Below, piece after piece: positions 1 to 8,161 of a stretch of 64,000 bases of DNA. The stretch's first letter is position 1, and the number at the start of each line of letters is the position of its first letter. The translations under genes were made by a program, and so were the position numbers. The stretch spans positions 265,295 through 329,294 of the forward strand of contig JBAZWB010000001.1 of assembly GCA_041660605.1 (NCBI GenBank), given 5' to 3'. The notes under the pieces are model-generated. The model saw only the letters and a program-made list of their open reading frames with translations. It ran no database searches and had not been told where the DNA came from. This stretch comes from Patescibacteria group bacterium. Lineage in GTDB: Bacteria; Patescibacteriota; Patescibacteriia; UBA10025; JAHIVO01.

Positions 1-1
1 C

Positions 2-214
2 CAATGCCTTGACAGCCGACAGTATAAAAACGAAGTTACTCAGGATTTTAACGATGGTATTTTTGCCGGTGTTGACGGTACGCCGACCTTTTTTATAAAT
101 GGGCATTTGTTTGAAGGTTCGCCAACCTTGGACAATTTTAAATTAGCCATTGACCGTCTCCTCATCATATATAAGGGAGGGACCCAGGGAGGGAATCAGG
201 GAGGGGGAGATTAA
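2..214 (+). CDS. 3' end of a DsbA/thioredoxin-fold protein (partial, starts before the window)
   Basis: Frame 2 reads QCLDSRQYKNEVTQDFNDGIFAGVDGTPTFFINGHLFEG...* (TAA 212-214), with the cis-Pro GTPTFFING motif; it parallels the C-terminus of the next gene. Confidence 0.8.
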   Translation, partial: QCLDSRQYKNEVTQDFNDGIFAGVDGTPTFFINGHLFEGSPTLDNFKLAIDRLLIIYKGGTQGGNQGGGD

Positions 215-280
215 TATTGACACCCTTTTTGTATCTGTTATTATATACTAAAGCGGGGAACGCTTTTTTTAATAATTAAT

Positions 281-1087
281 ATGTTTAAATTTATGCCAAA
301 TCATGAATCAGACCACGAGAAAAAAGAAGTGGTAGTTTTCAAAACTCCGCCAAAGATGGCCTTTATTATGGGCATTTTAGTGGGAGTTACCTTAGTTTCT
401 TTAACTGCATTCGGAATGACTTATTCTTTATTAAAATCGGATGGCAGTTCCAAGGATACCGCGGATTCTAACACCGCCAAGGTAGCCGGTACAGACACAA
501 ATGCCAACACAAATACGGCAGCCGCGCCGACTCAGACTCCGGCAGAATACGCAGCCTCATTGACCAAGCAGGATGTCAAAATTACCGCTGACGATCATAT
601 TGAAGGGGACAAGAACGCCAAGGTCCAGATAATTGAGTACTCGGATTTTCAATGCCCATATTGCGGCCAGGTAACTCCGACCATTACTCAGTTACAACAG
701 GAATACGGAAACAAAATAGCCGTGGTTTTTCGTAATTTTCCGCTGACTAGCCTCCATGCCAATGCCCAAAAAGCCGCTGAAGCGTCAGAGTGCGCCGCTG
801 AACAGGATAAGTTTTGGGAGATGCACGATAAAATGTTTGCCAATCAAACGGCTTTGACAGTTGATAATTTGAAAACTTATGCCAAGGATCTTGGTTTGAA
901 TACGACAAAGTTCAACAGTTGTCTTGATGATGGGAAATACGCCTCCGCTGTTCAGAAATCAATCACTGACGGGACTGCGTTAGGTGTCGGCGGCACGCCC
1001 GCGACTTTCGTGAATGGCCGTTTGGTTTCCGGTGCCAGACCGTATGAACAGTTTAAAGCGGTGGTAGACCTGGCTTTGAAAGATTAA
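281..1087 (+). CDS. Membrane-anchored DsbA-family thiol-disulfide oxidoreductase
   Basis: N-terminal TM helix, Asn/Thr linker, EYSDFQCPYC (CxxC), FRNFPL, GTPATFVNG. Confidence 0.9.
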   Translation: MFKFMPNHESDHEKKEVVVFKTPPKMAFIMGILVGVTLVSLTAFGMTYSLLKSDGSSKDTADSNTAKVAGTDTNANTNTAAAPTQTPAEYAASLTKQDVKITADDHIEGDKNAKVQIIEYSDFQCPYCGQVTPTITQLQQEYGNKIAVVFRNFPLTSLHANAQKAAEASECAAEQDKFWEMHDKMFANQTALTVDNLKTYAKDLGLNTTKFNSCLDDGKYASAVQKSITDGTALGVGGTPATFVNGRLVSGARPYEQFKAVVDLALKD

Positions 1088-1109
1088 TTTAAGTCTAATC
1101 TTAGCACGG

Positions 1110-1910
1110 ATGAATTTTTTTCAAACAATTCATCCTCAACCAGTCGCTTTTAGTCTTTTAGGCAGGGATTTTTACTGGTACGGGCTGATAATATCATTTT
1201 CGATTCTTATAGGTTTTTTAATCGTTTTACAAATAGCTAAAAAAAAGCAGATTGCTGTTATGCATATCTATAATCTGCTTTTTTTGTTTATAGTCTGCGG
1301 CTTGATTGGCGGCCGGATAGCTTATATTCTGACAGAGTGGCAGGTGTTTAGCGGAAATTGGTCCGATGCTTTTAAAGTATGGGACGGGGGCATATCTCTA
1401 TATGGCGTGATAATCGCAAACCTGGCAGCGCTGGCCGTTTATTCCAAAATAAAAAAAATATCTGGCTGGGTAATTTCTGATTTAATAGTATTGGTTATGC
1501 CTCTGATGCAGGCAATCGGCCGGTGGGGGAATTATTTTAATCAGGAGCTGTTTGGCAAACCGACTAGTCTGCCCTGGAGCATTTTCATTGAAACAGCTAG
1601 GCGGCCGTTTGCTTACTTAGAAGATCAGTATTTCCATCCGTTATTTTTGTATGAATCACTGCTGATGCTGGGTGTTTTCATCGTCTTTTTAGTTCTTTGG
1701 CGTTCAGGTAAATTAAAAACAGGGGATTTGACCCTGCTGTATTTTTTTCTGTATTCGCTGGTGAGATTTTTTTTAGACTTCCTAAGGATTGAGCCGCCCA
1801 TGCTTGGCTGGCTTAGTATAGCCCAATGGATAAGCGTTTTATTTATTGCGGCGGCGGGTTTACTGTGGTATTTTCGGGGCAGGCTAGCCGGGGTAAAGAG
1901 CCAGGATTAA
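1110..1910 (+). CDS. lgt: Prolipoprotein diacylglyceryl transferase
   Basis: WYGL, GGRIAY, WDGGIS, QAIGRWGNYFNQELFG, HPLFLYE motifs. Confidence 0.95.
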   Translation: MNFFQTIHPQPVAFSLLGRDFYWYGLIISFSILIGFLIVLQIAKKKQIAVMHIYNLLFLFIVCGLIGGRIAYILTEWQVFSGNWSDAFKVWDGGISLYGVIIANLAALAVYSKIKKISGWVISDLIVLVMPLMQAIGRWGNYFNQELFGKPTSLPWSIFIETARRPFAYLEDQYFHPLFLYESLLMLGVFIVFLVLWRSGKLKTGDLTLLYFFLYSLVRFFLDFLRIEPPMLGWLSIAQWISVLFIAAAGLLWYFRGRLAGVKSQD

Positions 1911-2405
1911 AAAAATTCCCAGAAATAACGCCTGAATAACTACACCGATGCCATTTGGCGTTATTGTTTTATTAAATACATAATCAATATAGTCGTGCAT
2001 TCTTTTATGATAAGCGAGGATTTTATCCAATCTGGTCATGGTAAAGACTTGATGAAAGACTGTAATTTTATATAAGTATCTTTCATTTAAATCCTGGGTT
2101 ACGCGTAAGACATCAGGCAGCAATCCGCCGATAATGGCGGCAACCAGGATTTTTAGTGAAGGCAGCGATATTTGATGGTAGAATGTTATGAAAAAAATGG
2201 CAATTAAAGCTATATCGGACAAAAAAATTATTACGGATTTTTTGAAATAGTTGCCGCTCTTAATCCATCGTTCAACCAGTCTGTCGCCATGAGGGATTAG
2301 ATCTAGTAGGTAATGTGAAAATAATGAAATAAAAAAAGCAATCCAGGCGTTTGGTGAATACTGGCTGATAACGACGCTTGCTAAAACGTGGGTGGTAGCA
2401 AACAT
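1884..2405 (-). CDS. Membrane protein, probable YdjM-like metal-dependent hydrolase (likely start MFATTH at 2405)
   Basis: H near the N-terminus, SHYLLDLIPHGD, LPD and a downstream His, among several TM helices. Confidence 0.55.
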   Translation of the reverse strand: MFATTHVLASVVISQYSPNAWIAFFISLFSHYLLDLIPHGDRLVERWIKSGNYFKKSVIIFLSDIALIAIFFITFYHQISLPSLKILVAAIIGGLLPDVLRVTQDLNERYLYKITVFHQVFTMTRLDKILAYHKRMHDYIDYVFNKTITPNGIGVVIQALFLGIFLILALYPG

Positions 2406-2480
2406 GCTTAGATAATTAGATAATTTATATTTTAAATCAATATATAATATCAATAATGGGCAGCTCTGTCATTAAGATAG

Positions 2481-2812
2481 CTATAATGTCACCGCGCTAC
2501 CCGCAGAATTTACTCGTGCTTTAACGATATTTATTCCGAAGAATGTTTTTCCGACAACTATGTATTGGTCTAGATTTCCTGATTCTACCTGACGCTCCGT
2601 AATTTGGTATCTAAAGACAAATATTTTTTGGAAAGGATTGTCAAAATATGTTCGTGTTGCCTGTAAAATGACGGGTACCATACTGTCTGGTATTTTATTG
2701 TCATCGGAGATGGTCTTTACTGATGGCATAATAATAAGAGGCCCGAATACTGCAATGAGGATCCCGAGTAAGATAACTATAATTATGAAGATTTTTTTAG
2801 GGGAACGCGCAT
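2481..2812 (-). pseudogene. Small membrane-anchored hypothetical protein, apparently frameshifted in an A7 run
   Basis: ATG at 2812 (MRVPLKK) is one base out of frame with a TM-encoding stretch (IFIIIVILLGILIAVFGPLII) that continues into ORF 2481-2729; the A7 tract is at 2792-2798. Confidence 0.45.
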
Positions 2813-2842
2813 CTAGTTTGATAAATGTAGCCCAGGGGAATG

Positions 2843-3212
2843 CTTAATAGCAGGGGTGGGATTTCCGCGTCTCCTTCGCTTTCGCTCGGGCTCCTTGTCC
2901 TGAGCAGCGCCGAATGCTCCTGATGGTCGCATTCGTCGGCGTTCGTCTGCCCCTTCGGCTCCGCTCAGGGTTGCCTCACTTCTGCTCGTTCGAATCCCAC
3001 GAGCTTAAAAATATCGTTATGCTTAATAGCAGGGGTGGGATTTCCGCGTCTCCTTCGCTTTCGCTCGGGCTCCTTGTCCTGAGCAGCGCCGAATGCTCCT
3101 GATGGTCGCATTCGTCGACGTTCGTCTGCGCGCTTCGCGCTTGCCTCACTTCTGCTCGTTCGAATCCCACGAGCTTAAAAGTATCGTTATACTTAATAGC
3201 AGGGGTGGGATT
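2843..3212 (-). repeat. tRNA-linked tandem repeat: two units (179 and 170 bp), each ending in a copy of the tRNA-Met 3' end
   Basis: CTTAATAGCAGGGGTGGGATT occurs at 2843, 3022 and 3192, and the intervening sequences are near-identical. Confidence 0.95.
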
Positions 3213-3270
3213 CGAACCCACGACCTCGGGCTTATGAGTCCCACGCTCTAACCAACTGAGCTACCCTGCC
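3197..3270 (-). tRNA. tRNA-Met(CAT), probably elongator (Ile2 not excluded); no encoded CCA
   Basis: GGCAGGG/CCCTGCT acceptor, AGTTGGTTA D-loop, CT-CAT-AA loop, GGTTCGAATCC. Confidence 0.93.
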
Positions 3271-3372
3271 GCGTCAGAATCGCACTCCGCCTTCCGTTTC
3301 CAAAATTTTCTGAAAACTGCAGGCTGCGTGCGCTTCTTCCTTTCCTCGTCCGCCCATGGGCGGACTCGGTTT
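3271..3372 (-). ncRNA. Candidate structured leader motif directly 5' of tRNA-Met (copy 1)
   Basis: Two hairpins with conserved linkers; compensatory changes relative to 3499-3602. Confidence 0.65.
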
Positions 3373-3423
3373 TTAATTTTTTAAATTGTCTGCCTAAATC
3401 AAACTATCGCAGTCAGCAAGGAT

Positions 3424-3498
3424 TGGTTGCGGGGGCGGGAGTTGCACCCGCGATCTCCGGATTATGAGCCCGGCGAGATTCTACTTCTCTACCCCGCG
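3424..3498 (-). tRNA. Initiator tRNA-fMet(CAT) with atypical D- and T-loops
   Basis: C1xA72 mismatch, A11:U24, CT-CAT-AA loop, encoded CCA; T-loop TGCAACT, D-loop AGTAGAA. Confidence 0.9.
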
Positions 3499-3602
3499 TC
3501 GTCAGAATCGCAGTACGCCATCCGCTTACAAAAGATTTTGTAAGCTGCTGGCTCCCTGCGATTCTTCCTCTCCTCGCAGAAAGCTTCGCTTTCTGCTCGG
3601 TT
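3499..3602 (-). ncRNA. Candidate structured leader motif directly 5' of tRNA-fMet (copy 2)
   Basis: Same architecture and the same 2-nt spacing to tRNA +1 as 3271-3372. Confidence 0.65.
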
Positions 3603-3698
3603 GTAAGAAATAATTCAGGACTTACTTAGGCGGTAATTTATTATGCGTGTTGGGAATTATAAGGTATTTAATGTATTTACGCAAGCTGGCAAGTTGGG

Positions 3699-3780
3699 TG
3701 GTGCCGCCGGTCGGAGTCGAACCGACATGGGAGTAATCCCACACGATTTTGAGTCCCCGCCATTCGGCGGGGCAAGCGTA
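3699..3780 (-). pseudogene. tRNA-Leu(CAA) remnant: intact 3' half, 5' half lost, palindrome inserted
   Basis: GACTCAAAATCGTG, long variable arm, GGTTCGACTCC...GGCACCA; hairpin CCCCGCCATTCGGCGGGG-CAAG at 3755-3776. Confidence 0.8.
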
Positions 3781-3793
3781 CATGTCAATTTGT

Positions 3794-3880
3794 TGGTGCC
3801 GAAGGTGGGAGTTGAACCCACACGGGCTTGCGCCCATGCGATTTTGAGTCGCACGCGTATGCCAGTTCCGCCACTTCGGC
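3794..3880 (-). tRNA. tRNA-Leu(CAA)
   Basis: GCCGAAG/CTTCGGC acceptor, CT-CAA-AA loop, long variable arm, GGTTCAACTCC, CCA. Confidence 0.95.
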
Positions 3881-3957
3881 ATGTTCTATAAAATTAACTG
3901 TAAAATTGATTACCTACGTAATTAAGTAAATCAAAACAGTTTTTAATATATACAATG

Positions 3958-3986
3958 ATTCTAGGTAAAAACGCTGTTTTTGTCAA
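3958..3986 (-). promoter_or_regulatory. Sigma70 promoter of the tRNA cluster
   Basis: TTGACA-17 bp-TAGAAT on the minus strand. Confidence 0.75.
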
Positions 3987-3994
3987 TGATTATT

Positions 3995-4003
3995 TGCTAT
4001 AAT
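3995..4003 (+). promoter_or_regulatory. Extended -10 promoter for parAB
   Basis: TGCTATAAT about 18 nt upstream of the parA ATG. Confidence 0.6.
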
Positions 4004-4020
4004 ACTATTATATATATTAT

Positions 4021-4794
4021 ATGCCAAAGGTCATTTCCATTGTAAATCAGAAAGGAGGAGTGGGCAAAACTACAACGGCCATAAATTTGGCCGCTTTCTT
4101 GGCGCATCATGGCAAGTTTGTGCTTTTAATTGATCTGGACCCCCAGGGAAACGCTTCTTCCGGCCTTGGCATTGATTATAAAACCATTGAAAAAGGCATA
4201 TACCATCCCTTAATAGCCGGCCACCCATTAAAGGATATCATCACTCCGACCAGCGTAGATGGATTAAGAGTGGCGCCGGCGACGATCGATCTGGCAGGGG
4301 CGCGGGTGGAGCTGGTGGACATGGAAAAAAGGGAGTTCCGCCTGCATGACGCGGTTTTGGAAGTGCGTAATGATTATGATTATATAATCATTGATTGTCC
4401 GCCCTCCCTGTGCCTCTTGACGGTTAACGGGCTGGTAGCCGCTGATGAATTAATGATTCCCGTACAAACCGAATATTTCGCCCTTGAAGGATTGAGCCAG
4501 CTTCTCGACACCATAAAGCTCGTACGGGAAAATTTAAAACCAGAATTGAAAATAATGGGCGCGGTCATGACCATGTATGATGATCGGAATAAATTATCGC
4601 AGGATGTTTTCCATGAATTGTATAAATACTTCCCGGATAATATTTTTCGCACCGTTGTGCCCCGCAATGTCAGGCTGGCGGAAGCCCCCAGCTTCGGCCA
4701 GAGCATCTTGCATTACGACAAGCGATCTCCGGGCGGTAAAGCTTATAAAAGATTAGCGCAGGAAGTCATTGATCTGACTGAAGCGTTGCAATAA
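4021..4794 (+). CDS. parA: Chromosome partitioning ATPase ParA/Soj
   Basis: NQKGGVGKTT, DLDPQGNAS, DCPPSL, LAEAPSFG. Confidence 0.96.
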   Translation: MPKVISIVNQKGGVGKTTTAINLAAFLAHHGKFVLLIDLDPQGNASSGLGIDYKTIEKGIYHPLIAGHPLKDIITPTSVDGLRVAPATIDLAGARVELVDMEKREFRLHDAVLEVRNDYDYIIIDCPPSLCLLTVNGLVAADELMIPVQTEYFALEGLSQLLDTIKLVRENLKPELKIMGAVMTMYDDRNKLSQDVFHELYKYFPDNIFRTVVPRNVRLAEAPSFGQSILHYDKRSPGGKAYKRLAQEVIDLTEALQ

Positions 4795-4811
4795 ATTTTA
4801 ATTATAAAAAT

Positions 4812-5675
4812 ATGTCAAACAGTACTTTAGGCCGGGGACTGGGATCGCTAATTCCTCACCGCAAAATTGCCGAGGAAATAAACAGCACCATCATGCCGGT
4901 CCTTGATGATCAGATCAGGGAAATCGAAGTCAGATTGCTGAAACCGAACCCGCATCAGCCGCGCGTGGACTTTGACCGGGCCAACCTGGAGGATTTGATT
5001 AATTCCATAAAAGTACACGGGATCATTTCGCCTTTGATTGTCATAAAAGGGCAAGGTGAATATCAGATTATTGCCGGAGAACGACGCTGGCGCGCCGCAA
5101 AAATTCTGGGTTTAAAAAAAGTACCGGTAGTCGCCCGCAGCGCCACGGAGCAGGAGAAGCTGGAGCTAGCGCTGGTGGAAAATGTACAGCGGCAGAATTT
5201 GAATCCCATTGAAAAAGCCTATGGCTATCAGCGCCTGATTGATGAGTTTAATCTGACTCAGGAGGAAGTGGGCAAAAAAGTCGGACAAAGCCGCGCGGCG
5301 GTCAGCAACGCCCTGAGATTGCTGACGCTAGAGCCGGAAATACAGAAAGCCCTGATAGAGGGCATAATTACTGAAGGCCACGCCAAGGTATTATTAGGCA
5401 TTAAAAACGAAATTGAACGCCTGAAGGTTTTCAAAAATATTATCAGCCATAAATTAAGCGTCCGTTCGGCTGAAGATAAGGCGCGCACTGTGACTGTCAG
5501 AAAACATATTCGGCAGTCGTCCAAAGATCCAAATATTACCGCGCTGGAGGAATCTATACGCGAAAAGCTGGGGACTAAAGTGGAAATTCAGAAAAATGGA
5601 GAACAAGGACTGGTTAAAATCCATTTTTATTCGACAGAAGAATTGCGGGAGATTATTAATAAAATTACCGGATAA
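4812..5675 (+). CDS. parB: Chromosome partitioning protein ParB/Spo0J
   Basis: LGRGLGSLI, PNPHQPR, IIAGERRWRA, ENVQRQNL, HTH. Confidence 0.96.
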   Translation: MSNSTLGRGLGSLIPHRKIAEEINSTIMPVLDDQIREIEVRLLKPNPHQPRVDFDRANLEDLINSIKVHGIISPLIVIKGQGEYQIIAGERRWRAAKILGLKKVPVVARSATEQEKLELALVENVQRQNLNPIEKAYGYQRLIDEFNLTQEEVGKKVGQSRAAVSNALRLLTLEPEIQKALIEGIITEGHAKVLLGIKNEIERLKVFKNIISHKLSVRSAEDKARTVTVRKHIRQSSKDPNITALEESIREKLGTKVEIQKNGEQGLVKIHFYSTEELREIINKITG

Positions 5676-5678
5676 CCC

Positions 5679-7901
5679 ATGAATATTATCAATACTTTGA
5701 AAAGTAAATTATTTTTTCATAAGCAGGAAGATAAATGGGATGCCGGTTTGCGCTGGATACTCCTGTTTCTAGTTTTTTTACTGCCGATTTTTTTCTTCAG
5801 CCCTAATACGCATCCCTTAGAATTCGATAAGGTCCTTTTGTTCTGTATAATTATTTTTCTGATTACCGCCGTGAGTTATGGAGTATCCTTATACAAAGGC
5901 ACATATGGGTGGATACGTACGCCGTTTGATTATCTGTTTATAATTTTTTTCGGATTTTACCTTTCATCATTTATTTTTTCCAAAGATCACTACCAGAGTT
6001 TAGTGGGAGTCAGCGGTTACTATAGCACCGGGCTGATGGCCGTTTTGGCTTTAATCTTATTTATTTATCTGCTGTTCCGCCTGATAAAGAAAAAGCAGCA
6101 TATTTTTTTATTTTTATACGCTTTTATCGCTTCGGCTATTCTGGTCGTTATTTACAACCTTTTCAAGGTTTTTGGAGTTGATATTCTACCCTGGGCTGTC
6201 ACTAAAACTCCGGGCTTTGGCCTGGCTTCTAGCTCAGCGGTATCACTGGCGATTTATGCTGGTCTGATTATGCTGGTCTGTTCTGGTTTAATGCTGATAT
6301 TAAAAAAGTTCTGGCAAAAGTCATTGTTTGGGATTATCGGGCTGCTCTCGTTATTTTTACTGTTTTTAATCAACAAGCAGATCTCTTTATTTGCCGTGGC
6401 ACTGGGATTTTTCTGCCTGTTAATACTGGCGGCTTTTAATTCCAGAAAAATTTCACCATGGTGGGTCATTACCCCGACCATTCTACTGACGCTCCTAATC
6501 GTTTTTATCTTTATTGATGTTTCGTCAATTTTTTCTTTGCAGGTTAATGACAGTATTTTTCTCGACCAAAAAACCTCCGCTAATATTGCCTGGCAGACAG
6601 TCAGTCATGAAATTTTATGGGGGGTTGGCCCGCAAAATTATAATTACGCTTTCAATGCCTATCGGCCGGTTTCCTTCAACAATTCCGATTTGTGGAATCT
6701 GAAATTCATAAAAGGAGCGGATGAGTGGTGGGGGATTTTAACAACTTTCGGTTTGGGCGGTTTCCTGGCGCTACTGGCAATTTGCTTAAAATATCTGTTA
6801 AGCGGTATAAAATCTGTTAGTAAATTAAGCCACTCCCTTGAGGACTGGAGTTTGGGGATAGTTTTATTATGCGGATGGCTGGTAACTTTTATCGCCAGCT
6901 GGCTTTTGCCTTTTGATTTTATTCTCTGGCTGGCCTGGGCGTTATTCCTGGGGCTAGGTATGCGCTATTTGATTCTCCAAGACAATACGGCGCAGATAAT
7001 TAAAATCAACAAAACCAGAATTTCGAATCTGCTTTTTCATATTGGGTTTGTGGTAATATCCACCGGAGCAATCCTGGTGGCATTTTTTGGCGTTAAAATA
7101 TGGCTGGCTGATTATCATTATGTCCTGGCTTTGCGAGGCATTGACGCAAAAAATGACATGACTAAAATTCAGCAGCATCTGGATAAGGCGATCAAAAATA
7201 ATCCGTATGAAGTGCAATATTACATAACGCAGGCGCAGGGGGACGTTACTCAGGCCCAGTTGGAGTCCGTTAAGGATACCCCCAAAACAGACGTTGTGCA
7301 AAAATATACACAACAGGCCATTGATTCGCTGAAAAAAGCCAAGGAAGTGAGACCGAGATTGGCTACCTTGTATGAGCAGGAAGCGAATTTATACGACAGC
7401 ATGCGCAATCTCATTTCCAATGCGGATGAGCTGTCTATCGGTGCCTACGTAAAATTATCCGAGCTGGAGCCTAATAATCCCTTGGTATTTTTAAACCTTG
7501 GGCGCTCCCGCATGCTCTGGGGGCAGGTCTTGCAGAGATCAGACGATACGGCCGTTAAAAATGAAGGTATGGGGTTATTGCAGCAATCCTTGGTGGATTT
7601 TTCCAAAGCAAAGGCTTTAAAAGATAATTTTATCATTGCCGATCTGAATATCGGGCTGGCGCAGGAAGCGGTGGGTAATGCGGATGAAGCCTTGAAAATA
7701 TACGAAAATATAATTGTCCAGGCGCCTGACTACCCGGATGCCTACTGGTATGCCGTCTTAATTTATGAAAATAAAGAGGATAAAGATGAGGCCGTGTCTT
7801 TACTGCAGAAACTGGTAAAAATTGCGCCAAGCAACCCGGCATTCAAGCAGAAATTGCAGGATTTAACGTCCGCTGAACAGCAGTCAGACACTGCAAATTA
7901 A
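5679..7901 (+). CDS. Polytopic membrane protein, O-antigen ligase/oligosaccharyltransferase-like, with C-terminal TPR repeats
   Basis: About 12 TM helices, WGVGPQNY loop motif, helical TPR-like C-terminus. Confidence 0.65.
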   Translation: MNIINTLKSKLFFHKQEDKWDAGLRWILLFLVFLLPIFFFSPNTHPLEFDKVLLFCIIIFLITAVSYGVSLYKGTYGWIRTPFDYLFIIFFGFYLSSFIFSKDHYQSLVGVSGYYSTGLMAVLALILFIYLLFRLIKKKQHIFLFLYAFIASAILVVIYNLFKVFGVDILPWAVTKTPGFGLASSSAVSLAIYAGLIMLVCSGLMLILKKFWQKSLFGIIGLLSLFLLFLINKQISLFAVALGFFCLLILAAFNSRKISPWWVITPTILLTLLIVFIFIDVSSIFSLQVNDSIFLDQKTSANIAWQTVSHEILWGVGPQNYNYAFNAYRPVSFNNSDLWNLKFIKGADEWWGILTTFGLGGFLALLAICLKYLLSGIKSVSKLSHSLEDWSLGIVLLCGWLVTFIASWLLPFDFILWLAWALFLGLGMRYLILQDNTAQIIKINKTRISNLLFHIGFVVISTGAILVAFFGVKIWLADYHYVLALRGIDAKNDMTKIQQHLDKAIKNNPYEVQYYITQAQGDVTQAQLESVKDTPKTDVVQKYTQQAIDSLKKAKEVRPRLATLYEQEANLYDSMRNLISNADELSIGAYVKLSELEPNNPLVFLNLGRSRMLWGQVLQRSDDTAVKNEGMGLLQQSLVDFSKAKALKDNFIIADLNIGLAQEAVGNADEALKIYENIIVQAPDYPDAYWYAVLIYENKEDKDEAVSLLQKLVKIAPSNPAFKQKLQDLTSAEQQSDTAN

Positions 7902-7923
7902 TTATTCTAAAGTACCATGAGCC

Positions 7924-7952
7924 TTGACATTTATTAGCAGATCGATTAATAT
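7924..7952 (+). promoter_or_regulatory. Sigma70 promoter of an orphan gene
   Basis: TTGACA-17-TAATAT. Confidence 0.65.
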
Positions 7953-8161
7953 ATTTCATTAAGTTTAATTCGTTCATTGACTATAAATTCGATACTAAAA
8001 ATAGAAACTCAATATTCTACTGCCTTAATTGGGCACCGCTTCTCACGCCGGCAGAAAGGAGGGAATTTTTAAAGACAGGAAAACCGGCCTGTCTGGGTGG
8101 TAGGTAGAATATGAGTGAGTTAACACAGGTACCCATGAACTCATGTCCATCGGAGGAAACG

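Noticed and set aside
2843-3212. CRISPR array
   Set aside because: The 'spacers' are ~150 bp and near-identical, the repeat is a tRNA 3' end, and no cas genes are present
3497-3510. Hammerhead ribozyme (CTGACGA on the minus strand)
   Set aside because: The other copy reads CTGACGC and no properly placed GAAA core is seen
3699-3880. Prophage/ICE att duplication at tRNA-Leu
   Set aside because: The fragment differs in sequence from the intact Leu gene, and no integrase or cargo lies between them
2914-3891. ORFs at 2914, 2976, 3622, 3643 and 3657
   Set aside because: They are chance translations of tRNAs and repeats
3890-5700. parS site or oriC near parAB
   Set aside because: No GTTTCACGTGAAAC-like palindrome or DnaA-box cluster is seen; the single box at 45712 is insufficient for oriC
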